Below are positions 21,501 to 30,220 of a stretch of DNA of 64,000 bases, in pieces. A model generated the notes under the pieces. It searched no databases, was not told the origin of the DNA, and worked only from the letters and a program-made list of their open reading frames with translations. The position numbers and the translations under genes are program-made. This DNA comes from Candidatus Zhuqueibacterota bacterium (GTDB lineage Bacteria > Zhuqueibacterota > Zhuqueibacteria > Thermofontimicrobiales > Thermofontimicrobiaceae): positions 128,001 through 192,000 of the forward strand of contig JBMOPW010000035.1 of assembly GCA_049322915.1 (NCBI GenBank), given 5' to 3'. Each line of letters opens with the position of its first letter. The first letter of the stretch is position 1.

Positions 21501-21688
21501 TGGCTGGGCGGTTGGTCAAACAGCTACTGGAAAATGAATTATTGAATGCCAATTATAATACTGTCGAGTGGGACGGCCGCGATTACAATGGCGACATCTG
21601 TCCCAGCGATTTGTATATCATTACGATAGAAAGCGGAACTGGATTAAAAACAAAAACAGTGATGGTTCTGGATAAAGAAATTAAATGA
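18506..21688 (+). CDS. Exported Reg_prop beta-propeller protein with Ig-like, ZU5-like and C-terminal FlgD-Ig domains; no kinase domain
   Basis: Signal peptide; many I.xD..G.LW.GT..GL repeats; GNYTFSVKARDSAGN; IPPGAL...YELGP; FSP.G...VYNLAGRLVK...WDGRD..G tail. Confidence 0.8.
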   Translation: MKIRSQIFLPAVLLTFIFQIPITAQVVVTTFSAPEAIPTNVVFSIFEDEAHILWVGTSGGLGQYHENNWAQLTESNSPLINNHVKAIIQDHNGYLWFGTDHGLSQYYQGAWQNFTYAEMSADPKFDQITSLYLDSRSKLWIGSKEGGVVKRSGSGSWTYYSPADAGFGDDMITAICEDNNNRIWFGTGHSGIVVFDRESEWSRLQAQPEIGDEIHLIYKDNLDTLWVNTEIGLARTFDGIAWNSTGLEMVHDASAIAEDQEGNIWLATENGELFLYNRYECKKSDVQFDQAIWSLHLDHAGYLWAATNGGGVSRLHINWRTFLQDYIISDIDEDTSGTLWIGTARNGIAKYDGSEFQMIQVKSDLIRKDFVNSILADHENRIWCGTRSGVFSYDQDTSWHAYGEPELPNVIVNTIFQDTHNHLWFGTLGGASRFDGTDWQTFDREQGLPDTNVKAIWEDHKGHIWFGTANGGACELKLDSVIAIYNIGNQLSSNNVSAILQDKTNNYWFGTKDGLHRSDSSKVTWSHFTKESSGLVDNDIKTLFVDDYNNVWVGTSAGGLCKFDGQFWWDFNKYLSADEVNAVFQDASKNYWFGTPIGLVKYSADKLAPNTYITIAPSCTIGVASAMFAFIGDDNETPKEKLVFSWDLQLKSEFDVHNWSDYSDRNYCYIGPLGNGNYTFSVKARDSAGNEDHKPAQFDSFTVDITPPQTMLTYPANNQKISGKVPVIGAVFDNSPIRDFKMYQLDYARIDSAREIQALEWVKIYQDTIPSDTNKTLFEWDTADVGYGRYSLRLSAADYLEHRSEYRVDVTIVECLTEVSNNSGSSMIGSSKRIQLYIPPGALPKDMMVHFSPVDTSDKNKIPVPPNDHVKYSSLAYELGPKDLSLSKPAILGFQYNDSEISSLHEKKLSIMFADSTGEYEILGGSVDSDQNTISTAIKKMGVYILIEDNTSARAKSNISDVNCQPRIFSPRGSGFAETTTILFKLSAPSKVNVKVYNLAGRLVKQLLENELLNANYNTVEWDGRDYNGDICPSDLYIITIESGTGLKTKTVMVLDKEIK

Positions 21689-21880
21689 AACGACGGCCAT
21701 AGAAAAACTTTTTATTCATTAATCTTTACTGTTTAGCCGCATGATCGCGACGGGTAATTATCCGGCGAGGGGAATGGATTGAAACGGATGTTCCCGAATT
21801 AATGCATCGTTCGGAATGAATATCTCAATCGATCTGTAAATTTCATAAAAATAACCGTCATTTAAAAAGGAGGCTTATCG

Positions 21881-23887
21881 ATGAACCTTTTGAACTTACA
21901 ATTCGTCCGACCATTGAAAATATTCGGCTGGCTTGGAACGTTGCTAATGATCCTCATTCTTCTTCCTGATGTTTCAGAATCGACTCAAAAAAGCAGCAGC
22001 GACTGTTTTTTCATCCCGCAAAACACCAGCATCATAGAGATACCAAAAGAGTTTGGCGGCGATGCATGGAAGAATGCGAACTGGTTCACTTTCGGTACGA
22101 CAGGCCATCCTGAGGTTGATGTTTTAGGCAAATATCAACTTGATAGCGAATCAAAAGTGGAGTCATTATTTTTGGCATTTCATATCCGGCACGATGCAAT
22201 TCCACATGAAAATGACATGCTGACGATTTGTTTCGATCCCGACAATACGGGTATCCCGTCTGCGGGCAATGTCCTGACCCGATACGACATTTTCCCTCAT
22301 CCACTCCAAACGAGCTATTCTTATTGTCGAGAAACTAATAGTTCAGGTGATTTGATGTGGAAAGCGCCTGATCAGGTTCCGCCACCCGATTTTATCCAGA
22401 CTATTGCCAACTGGGATATTGTAAATAATACATGGCAAGCTGAAATCACAATCGATTGCCAGGCTTTCGACCTGACCGGTGATGAGGTTGGTTCATTCGG
22501 TCTTTATTTTCAGGTACTGGATTTCATCAATGACGATTACACGTTCGCCCGCTATCATTGGCCTGTCTCTGCCCATGCCGATGAAGCTGATCCGGATTAT
22601 ATTCCTCCAGCCACTGAATGGGCACGTGGACATTTCATCAATTCTTCATCAAATATTATTCCTGATTATTACCTGAATTATTGGGATTTACAGGTCAACA
22701 ATTCAGGTGCAGCGTTTGAGATTCAACTTGGTGCGGAAAATAGTTTCAGCACAAAAGTGCGTAACGTATTTATAGAAGATGCCTGGAGTGGTGATCCTGT
22801 TATGGGGACAGTCACATTTAAAATGGCCAAATTTGGAGCAGCTTGTTATTCTGAACACTATTCTGCCAATGCTACCATAGTAACACCGCCGGAAGATGTT
22901 GACGTTTATGCGACACGCACGAGCAACGGCTCCGGCAAGCAGACGATCACCTTACGAGGCGATTTAACCTGTGATCAGGACGCGATTACGAGCAACAATA
23001 GTATGGTTCGCAATATGAAGTATTTGCCGACGATAGAAGGAAAGACATTTAAAATGTCCGTCACCATTGCCAATTGTTTATCGGATGAAGCGATTTACTC
23101 AACGTCTGAAAAAGAAGATGCGACTCCCCCTACCATGTCTCCCCTCTATGCGTCAGCATCGCCGATGATGCCCCAGGATGACAGAGAGACATTTTTTCTT
23201 TATCTTGATCGGTCTGAATTGGACACATCAAAATTACGAGACGAATGGGACGTCACATTCATACCCGCCGAAAACGACAGTGGTTTCCTGCTTCCAGTTC
23301 CGGATTCAAGTCATAAAGATTTATACACGGTACTGCTTCGCCCCGGGGATTCGACAAAATTTCAGATTCAGGTGACGGCTCCAAATTATAAAGGGTCATC
23401 CGCAGGAAGTTTGCCGCTGTTGCAGGGGCTGTTTCATATCCACGCACAAAATGCGAAGGCAGCATCAGTTGCTATGTCGAATCAGGCAATCGCACTTCCG
23501 CCTGATAAACTGATGCCATTACTATGGCTGAGCCGAAGTAATTTTCAAAAGTTATTCCCGCGGGGCGTAGTTTCCGGTTTGAAGGTGAAAGTCTATAAAC
23601 ACAAAGACGTGGTTTTCAAAGACAGGAAATCATATTTCTTAATGAATGTCCTGAATAATTTCGGCGCGTATGTCGAAGTGATGCCAAAACCGGCTCCGCA
23701 CTGGAAATTCATCATCATTATTTTTACCATTGGCTTGCTCTATGTTTTTTATATTTGCTTTAAATCCTGGAAAAAGAGAAAATGGGATTTTTTGAAAGTG
23801 ATTCTTAATGTGATACTGGTGATTGACGCTGGTTTGATCGGTTACTTCGTATGGATGGTGCGGCAGTTTTTTAACCTGGGATTGTGA
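21881..23887 (+). CDS. Hypothetical exported protein with N-terminal DOMON/CBM9-like domain and two C-terminal TM helices
   Basis: AGGAGG RBS; N-terminal hydrophobic segment; LFLAFHI...D.LTICFDPDN...WQAEITI pattern; two C-terminal hydrophobic helices separated by KSWKKRK. Confidence 0.6.
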   Translation: MNLLNLQFVRPLKIFGWLGTLLMILILLPDVSESTQKSSSDCFFIPQNTSIIEIPKEFGGDAWKNANWFTFGTTGHPEVDVLGKYQLDSESKVESLFLAFHIRHDAIPHENDMLTICFDPDNTGIPSAGNVLTRYDIFPHPLQTSYSYCRETNSSGDLMWKAPDQVPPPDFIQTIANWDIVNNTWQAEITIDCQAFDLTGDEVGSFGLYFQVLDFINDDYTFARYHWPVSAHADEADPDYIPPATEWARGHFINSSSNIIPDYYLNYWDLQVNNSGAAFEIQLGAENSFSTKVRNVFIEDAWSGDPVMGTVTFKMAKFGAACYSEHYSANATIVTPPEDVDVYATRTSNGSGKQTITLRGDLTCDQDAITSNNSMVRNMKYLPTIEGKTFKMSVTIANCLSDEAIYSTSEKEDATPPTMSPLYASASPMMPQDDRETFFLYLDRSELDTSKLRDEWDVTFIPAENDSGFLLPVPDSSHKDLYTVLLRPGDSTKFQIQVTAPNYKGSSAGSLPLLQGLFHIHAQNAKAASVAMSNQAIALPPDKLMPLLWLSRSNFQKLFPRGVVSGLKVKVYKHKDVVFKDRKSYFLMNVLNNFGAYVEVMPKPAPHWKFIIIIFTIGLLYVFYICFKSWKKRKWDFLKVILNVILVIDAGLIGYFVWMVRQFFNLGL

Positions 23888-23889
23888 AA

Positions 23890-24259
23890 TAATTAGAATC
23901 TGTCCGAAAATTGCAAATATTGACCTCACCCCAATCCTCTCCTAAAAGGAGAGGGAGAACAGATGTTCCCCTTCTCCTTCCAGGCGCAGGGTAAGAAGGG
24001 GTTTAGGGGATGAGGTCGGTTGTAATGAAGTTTGAAAATATCACCACAATAGCTAATTTAGGTGTTTTCGGACAGACACTAATTAGCGTCTGTCCGAAAA
24101 CTGATGATTTCAAAGTTTTGTCATTCTGAGCGACCGAAGGGAGCGAAGAATCTGTGACCGCCAAACGCCAAATTTATTTAGACTTAGTGGTCATAGATGT
24201 TTCGTCGCTTCGCTCCTCAACATGACAGTATTAGTTACTTTTCGGACAGACACTAATTA
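23890..24259. mobile_element. Two tandem MITE-like elements with shared ~15-bp terminal inverted repeats, separated and flanked by TAATTA
   Basis: TIRs GAATCTGTCCGAAAA (23896-23910)/TTTTCGGACAGACAC (24065-24079) and GCGTCTGTCCGAAAA (24086-24100)/TTTTCGGACAGACAC (24239-24253); TAATTA at 23890, 24080 and 24254. Confidence 0.75.
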
Positions 24260-24430
24260 GTACTTACCTGAATAAAAATCCTGTTATGCGAATAGCCGGA
24301 GGTCACCCGAAGTTTAAAATTAAAATACCGGTGCCATTGCTCAGAACAATTGCATCGGAGAAAGACGATGCTACACGTTAACGCGCAACGCGTAAAATTC
24401 ATATCCCCTGGAATAAGGAAGGTTTGAAAA

Positions 24431-26977
24431 ATGAGAAATCTTTTTAAATTCCTTACCATTGTTTTAATCGCCGGCTCCGCCAATTCATTGGTTGCCCAGG
24501 AAATGTTCACACGAATACGCAACCAGGAGGTTGTCGGCGCTCGCCCCATGGCCCTCGGTGGGGCATTCGTCGCCCTGGCGGATGACATCAATGCAATTTA
24601 CTGGAATCCTGCCGGCCTGCCGGCCGTGAATCAATTGGGGCTAAATTTCATGTACGCCAATCTCTACGGGACCGGTATCGGAAATAATTATTTCTCCCTT
24701 TGCATTCCGGGGCCGCCCGGGTTAAGTTTTGGCCTCGATTGGATGAGCATCGGTTTCATGGATGAGGAGCTTGAATTCGAAAAAAATAAATTCAACTTTT
24801 CCGCCGGTTACCAGGTTTATGACTGGCTGGCAATTGGATTAAATGCCAGATACCTGCGCATGAACGCTTCCGCCTATCAACTCTCCCAGGGCTCGTTCCA
24901 CGGATGGGGATTCGATTGGGGGTTCATGGCTCGTCTTAACAAGAATTTGAAACTGGGACTGGTTATTCATGATCTCACCGATACAAAGTTGAATGGATTA
25001 GCAGCGCCGGTTTACAGGAGAAGCGTTCGATTCGGCGCAGCTTATAAATTGTTGGATAACCTGGCCTTCCTTTCCGATCTGGATGACCGTTTCCACCTGG
25101 GAACCGAATGGTGGCCCATTTCTGAATTATTGGCGCTAAGAGCCGGAGTCGAGCAGGATTTATATACCAACGAAACAGCAACCATGTCGTTCGGCGTAGG
25201 ACTGGAACTGCCTATCTGGGGACAGTCCTTGCGGCTGGATTACGCCTATATGAATTCTCCAACCTTAATGAGCACGCATCGCACTTCGGTATCATTCCTG
25301 ATCGATCTTTTTCCCCAACTGGTAAAAATTGAAAAGGTGGAAATCGAACCCATTTATGCGTCCCTGTATAAACATCATGCCCATAACCCTGTTGGGACAG
25401 CGTATGTGCGTTATAAGGGCAAGAAAGACCTGAAATGCAAGATCAATTTTTCAGGAAACCGGTACATGAAGGAACACACCAAAAATATCATCCTTCATCC
25501 CAAACCCGGCTCTGAGAATGTGCAGGAAATTTCACTGTACACCGTGTTCGAAGATTCAGTTTTATATGAAACTGACAGCATCCCTTTAAACGCGGACGTG
25601 AAAATTTCCTATGTCAATCGATATCGCCCCTGCAAAGACAGCCTCAGTCAGGAATTCAAGCTTTACAAAAGGAACCTGGTCAACTGGGAGCTTGGGGTTG
25701 ATCAAGCCGCGGCGTTCGTGACCCATGAAGACCCGGTCATCGAGCAATTTGCCCTGGCCGCTCTTTCCGATGGCGCTGTTTCGAAACAACCGTTCATTAT
25801 AAATGAGCAGACGACAAAAGCGCTGTTTTTGTTTAACGCGGTGTCCGGCCATGGCATTCAATACGATGAAGACGCCCAGCCTGTGGAAGGCAACGCCCGG
25901 CTCGGGTTAGACGATATCTGTTACCCGGTGCAGACGCTCAAGGACAGGCGCGGCGATTGTGATGATCTTTCGGTCCTGTTAGCTTCCTTATTTGAAAATC
26001 GAAATATCCCCGTTGCCTTCGTCGATTTTGGGGAGCACATTTCCGTCATTTTCAGCACAGGGGAACACCAGGGTTTGGCATCCAACCTGCCCTATCCCGA
26101 TGATTTATTTTTTCAATATCAAAATGAACTCTGGATTCCCCTGGAAGTGACCTGGATCGATTCGACTTTTTTTCGGGCATGGCAAAAAGGCGCTGCCGAA
26201 ATCACAAAAATCTTTGGGGAGGAGCAATATCGTGTGATTGAAATTCGTAAAGCATGGAATGAATACCAGCCGGTGAACTATGTCAGTCGATTTTTCAGGC
26301 CCATGCCCCTGGCTCAATCCCATTATATTGCATTAAAACAGGATGAGCCAATTCAGCTTAAAACAAATCATCTTTTTAATCTGGAACAGAAGATCACGCT
26401 TCATCCGGACAGCCTGGAATTGCGCAATCAATTAGCCATCAAATATGCCTTTGATAACCAGCGGGATAAAGCCAGAACTCATTTTCAACACATACTTGCC
26501 AGGGATTCGAATAATTTTTCAGCGATAAACAATCTCGGCAATTTATTTATTCTCGAAGGAAGAATAGACTCAGCCGAGACATTTTACCTGAAAGCTCAAC
26601 AATACGCACAAAATTCGGATCAGGTTGATGGCGTGAAATTGAACCTGGGATTGGTATACCTGGCAATCGGCCAGGATAGCCTTGCCATTGATGCGTTCTC
26701 CGAAGTGATGGAACATGAAGAGAACTTACAGAGAATTGCCGACCTGCTGAAGATCAATTTCAATCAGGAAGACTATTCCAAAGGCGATGACGCAAAGCCG
26801 AAAAAACCGGTTTCTAAAAATAGTGTTAAACAGATTTCTGCAAAGGCTAAAACTGAACTCAATGATAAATCTTCCAAGCCGAAAGAGCAGACAAAGCAAA
26901 CGCGGCGTCAGGCCGTGCGAAAAGGAAGTTACCTGGCTCCTGAAAAAATCGACAATGTCTTTTATTGGGCGGAATGA
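24431..26977 (+). CDS. PorV/PorQ(FadL-like) beta-barrel fused to a transglutaminase-like domain and TPR repeats
   Basis: Signal peptide; GARPMALGGAFVALADDINAIYWNPAGL; LRLDYAY...THRTSVSF barrel end; RGDCDDLSVLLASL, GEHISV, WIPLEVT; NNLGNL and LNLGLVY TPRs; Lys-rich tail. Confidence 0.8.
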   Translation: MRNLFKFLTIVLIAGSANSLVAQEMFTRIRNQEVVGARPMALGGAFVALADDINAIYWNPAGLPAVNQLGLNFMYANLYGTGIGNNYFSLCIPGPPGLSFGLDWMSIGFMDEELEFEKNKFNFSAGYQVYDWLAIGLNARYLRMNASAYQLSQGSFHGWGFDWGFMARLNKNLKLGLVIHDLTDTKLNGLAAPVYRRSVRFGAAYKLLDNLAFLSDLDDRFHLGTEWWPISELLALRAGVEQDLYTNETATMSFGVGLELPIWGQSLRLDYAYMNSPTLMSTHRTSVSFLIDLFPQLVKIEKVEIEPIYASLYKHHAHNPVGTAYVRYKGKKDLKCKINFSGNRYMKEHTKNIILHPKPGSENVQEISLYTVFEDSVLYETDSIPLNADVKISYVNRYRPCKDSLSQEFKLYKRNLVNWELGVDQAAAFVTHEDPVIEQFALAALSDGAVSKQPFIINEQTTKALFLFNAVSGHGIQYDEDAQPVEGNARLGLDDICYPVQTLKDRRGDCDDLSVLLASLFENRNIPVAFVDFGEHISVIFSTGEHQGLASNLPYPDDLFFQYQNELWIPLEVTWIDSTFFRAWQKGAAEITKIFGEEQYRVIEIRKAWNEYQPVNYVSRFFRPMPLAQSHYIALKQDEPIQLKTNHLFNLEQKITLHPDSLELRNQLAIKYAFDNQRDKARTHFQHILARDSNNFSAINNLGNLFILEGRIDSAETFYLKAQQYAQNSDQVDGVKLNLGLVYLAIGQDSLAIDAFSEVMEHEENLQRIADLLKINFNQEDYSKGDDAKPKKPVSKNSVKQISAKAKTELNDKSSKPKEQTKQTRRQAVRKGSYLAPEKIDNVFYWAE

Positions 26978-27003
26978 ATTTAGCAGAGTAGAACGGACCC
27001 GGT

Positions 27004-29943
27004 ATGAATGTTTCCCAGTTTACATCGAAGCACATCATCATTGCTGCCTGTATTTGCATGTGCATCGCAGCTTGTCTTGGTTTGCTTTTTGAAAATGTAA
27101 CTTATTTTTATGGCCTCGATGCTGATCTGCTGGACTACCTGATTTTCAAAAATAACAGCCGCAAGCCGTCGGACAAATTATCCCTCATTGTGATTGATGA
27201 TGAAAGCGTCCGTGAATTCGATGACGATAAATCTGCACTCCGCGATCAATATACTTATCTGATACAAAAATTATCGTCGTTCGGAGCTCGTTCCATCGCC
27301 TTTGACCTTTTTTTTGGTGATGGTTCAGAACCGTCAACGGACGCCCGCCTTGCCTTTGTGACAGATTCGACGCGAAAAGTGATTCACAGTTTTTATTTTC
27401 CGGAAAACGGGCCAGGCGGCGAGTATGATTCACTAATAGAATATCAAAAATACGCCATCGAAATCCGGAATGAAAATTACCTGGATATCATCGAGGTGGA
27501 TTATGCCACTTTTCCCAACGCAAATTTTATTGACGCCTTTGATTATGCCGGTTTTGTTTCGTATGAATGCGATAAGGACGGGGCAACCCGGCGCATGCCC
27601 CTGATTTACAAATTTAACGGATTGATTTACCCCTCGTTAACCCTGGCGGCCATGTTCCATTACAATGATATGCAGGTGAAATCCATTCGTATCGAGCGCG
27701 GGACCTGGGGTTTTCAAATGATTATTGATGTGCCGAACAGCCCTGTTCGCATACCAGTGGATAACAAGGGCCAGGCAATGCTGAATTACTATGGGACGTT
27801 CCAGCTCTTCTCCCATCACCCACTTCATAAAACGATTAAACTATTGCAATCAATTCAATGGAACAATGGTTTGGATACGTCGATGCTTCCTTTTCATGAT
27901 CACATTGTTCTGTTTGGAAACACCGAACTCAATGAAGGCGACAGCCATAATACACCCTTTTCGGTTGATTTCCCCGGAGTTGGTCTCCACGCAACGCTGA
28001 TCAGCAATATCCTGAATCATGACTTCCTGGTTGAAGCTCCCTGGTACATCAATTTTCTTGTCACACTGATTTTGCTCATTTTTCTATTTTGTTCCTTCAG
28101 CTATTATTTGAAACATTCAAAATCACAGCTATTCTTTTCTTTCCTCTCGCTCGCCCCGCTGCTGGTGCTAAATTCAGCTTACTATTTTTTTATATTCAAC
28201 AACACAGGAATCTGGCTGAAATTATTTCAGGTGAATTCGATTTTTATGGTTCTGTTTTTCTTCCTGTTATTTTTCGAAAAAATAATTCATCTCAAAAAAT
28301 TGAACCGGGAGATTTCAGATCTGGAAGAAAAACTCCGGAATAAATCCATCGATCTGGACAAAGTCAATGAGCAAGTGCGATTTCAATCGGAGCAATTAAA
28401 GATTGTCACCTATTTTGCCAATGAATTGCGCAATACCTATTCGAGTACCTCGCCGGATGGAACAGAAGTGAAGGATGAATTTATCGGTCACCTGCTGGAA
28501 AATGAAAACATTTTGAAACAGCAGATCGATGCGGAATTGCAGCGGTATAAAATTGAAAAACAGATCCTCGATGCGGAGCTTTTGCAATTGAGAGCGGAGC
28601 GTCAGGCGTTTTTGAACAGGAATATCGAGGTCGAAAAAGTTGGAAAGCAGCCGCCGAGCAACCCGGATAAAACCATACGCTTTCAAAATATCCTGTCATA
28701 TTTGGATTATTTTTATTCCCAGTTGAGATCAGGTCGCCTTAATCAACAGGTCACTATGGGCATCATAGCCGTTCCTTTCTTGAAGACCGAAACCTGTGAA
28801 TTGATGAAAACAGAAATGGGCGAATTATTTGATGAAATAAAAACGATCAGTGCTTTTAAAACGACTGCTCTGATCAATGGCGAGTCCGGCACAGGGAAAG
28901 AACTCATCGCCGATGCAATTCACGAGCAAAGTTCGTTAAAAAACAAGAGAATGGTAAAACTGGATTGCGGTGCAATTCCGGAAACACTCTTGGAGAGCGA
29001 ATTGTTCGGGCATACCAAGGGCGCTTACAGTGGCGCCCACACGGATCGCAAAGGCGCATTTCTTACAGCAGACGGCAGCACCATATTTTTGGACGAAATT
29101 GGCGAGTTGAAATTGGACTTGCAGGCGAAACTGCTTCGCGTAATTCAGGAAAAGACAATCAAAAAAGTAGGCGCTGATACGCCAATTCAGGTTGATGTAA
29201 GAATTATTGCAGCGACGAACCGGGATTTAGCAACAGCCGTGCAAAAAGGTGAGTTTCGCCAGGACTTGTATTATCGCCTCAATGTCGTGAATTTGAAAAT
29301 CCCGCCGCTGAGACAGAGAAGATGGGATGTTCCGTTCCTGATCCATTTCTTTTTATCTCAATATAGTGACAGGTATGGCGAAAAAAAATCCTTTACCGAC
29401 GAAGCGTATAACGCGGCCATGTGTTACGACTGGCCCGGGAATATCAGGGAACTGCAAAATCTAATTGAAAAACTCTACGTCACGTGCCCCAAACAGTTGA
29501 TTGACTTATCTGATTTGACGCCATCGATCCAGACTACCTATCGAGAAATAATGGCAACCGGTGACCAGGCGTGTTGGCATCATATTGGAGATATGGTTCA
29601 AAAAGAAAAAGACCGGTTGCTCGATCTCTGTAAATCTTCCTTAAGATCGAAAAAAGCAAAAACGACTTTTATGCCGTCGGGAATGAATCTGGATGAAGAG
29701 ACAAATTGTTATGACGCCCTGGCATGCTATGTCGATCAACTGGCCACGCTATTCCCACCAGTGAAAAAAGAAGCGCTGGTTCGTTCTGCCATTGTTCAGA
29801 TGCAGGAAGAATTATTTAAATGCTGCCATCAGGAAAAAATTGGGAAATTAAACGAATTGTACCCAGTCATTGAAAAAATTTTAGGCCGCAGTCGGCGCCA
29901 GATTGATAATTGGCGGGGTGATTTGAGTGAAAATTCTGATTAA
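27004..29943 (+). CDS. Membrane-bound sigma54-dependent activator (bEBP) with extracytoplasmic CHASE2 sensor
   Basis: CHASE2 motifs IVIDDES, GARSIAFDLFF, DGATRRMPL, HNTP..PGVGLHA..ISNIL; 3 TM; coiled coil; GESGTGKE, ESELFGH, GAYSGA, IFLDE, RIIAATNRDL, FRQDLYYRL, WPGNIREL; possible terminal HTH. Confidence 0.9.
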   Translation: MNVSQFTSKHIIIAACICMCIAACLGLLFENVTYFYGLDADLLDYLIFKNNSRKPSDKLSLIVIDDESVREFDDDKSALRDQYTYLIQKLSSFGARSIAFDLFFGDGSEPSTDARLAFVTDSTRKVIHSFYFPENGPGGEYDSLIEYQKYAIEIRNENYLDIIEVDYATFPNANFIDAFDYAGFVSYECDKDGATRRMPLIYKFNGLIYPSLTLAAMFHYNDMQVKSIRIERGTWGFQMIIDVPNSPVRIPVDNKGQAMLNYYGTFQLFSHHPLHKTIKLLQSIQWNNGLDTSMLPFHDHIVLFGNTELNEGDSHNTPFSVDFPGVGLHATLISNILNHDFLVEAPWYINFLVTLILLIFLFCSFSYYLKHSKSQLFFSFLSLAPLLVLNSAYYFFIFNNTGIWLKLFQVNSIFMVLFFFLLFFEKIIHLKKLNREISDLEEKLRNKSIDLDKVNEQVRFQSEQLKIVTYFANELRNTYSSTSPDGTEVKDEFIGHLLENENILKQQIDAELQRYKIEKQILDAELLQLRAERQAFLNRNIEVEKVGKQPPSNPDKTIRFQNILSYLDYFYSQLRSGRLNQQVTMGIIAVPFLKTETCELMKTEMGELFDEIKTISAFKTTALINGESGTGKELIADAIHEQSSLKNKRMVKLDCGAIPETLLESELFGHTKGAYSGAHTDRKGAFLTADGSTIFLDEIGELKLDLQAKLLRVIQEKTIKKVGADTPIQVDVRIIAATNRDLATAVQKGEFRQDLYYRLNVVNLKIPPLRQRRWDVPFLIHFFLSQYSDRYGEKKSFTDEAYNAAMCYDWPGNIRELQNLIEKLYVTCPKQLIDLSDLTPSIQTTYREIMATGDQACWHHIGDMVQKEKDRLLDLCKSSLRSKKAKTTFMPSGMNLDEETNCYDALACYVDQLATLFPPVKKEALVRSAIVQMQEELFKCCHQEKIGKLNELYPVIEKILGRSRRQIDNWRGDLSENSD

Positions 29944-29948
29944 TCCAT

Positions 29949-30220
29949 TAAAATTTGGAAATGCTTCCCGGTGAAAATTTCCAAATTTTATTTACTCCAT
30001 ATAAAATCCGTCCCGTTTCCTTCCACCGTATTCCCTTTAATTTTATTGAATTAGTAACGTACCAATATAAAATTCTTTCCCATGAAATTTGGAAATCTCC
30101 TGTTTCCACGCAAATAAAATTCCGCACAACAAATTTTTCTCTTATCCAGTTAATTGCCAATTTATTAACAAATTACATCCTTCAAAAATTTGCAGAAAAG
30201 AAGTTGGCACAGCCTTTGAA
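29949..30220 (+). promoter_or_regulatory. Candidate bEBP enhancer sites and sigma54-like -24/-12 promoter
   Basis: Perfect 14-bp inverted repeat (29949-29962/29977-29990); repeated half-site AAATTTGGAAAT (30085-30096); TGGCAC-AGCCT-TTGAA (30205-30220) with GA in place of GC at -12. Confidence 0.5.

Noticed and set aside
18506..21688. Hybrid two-component histidine kinase
   Set aside because: No TM after the propellers and no HisKA, HATPase or receiver motifs.
23890..24259. Possible mini-CRISPR array or integron attC sites
   Set aside because: Repeats alternate in orientation, the intervening segments are ~140-155 bp, and no cas or integrase gene is present; better explained as TIRs.
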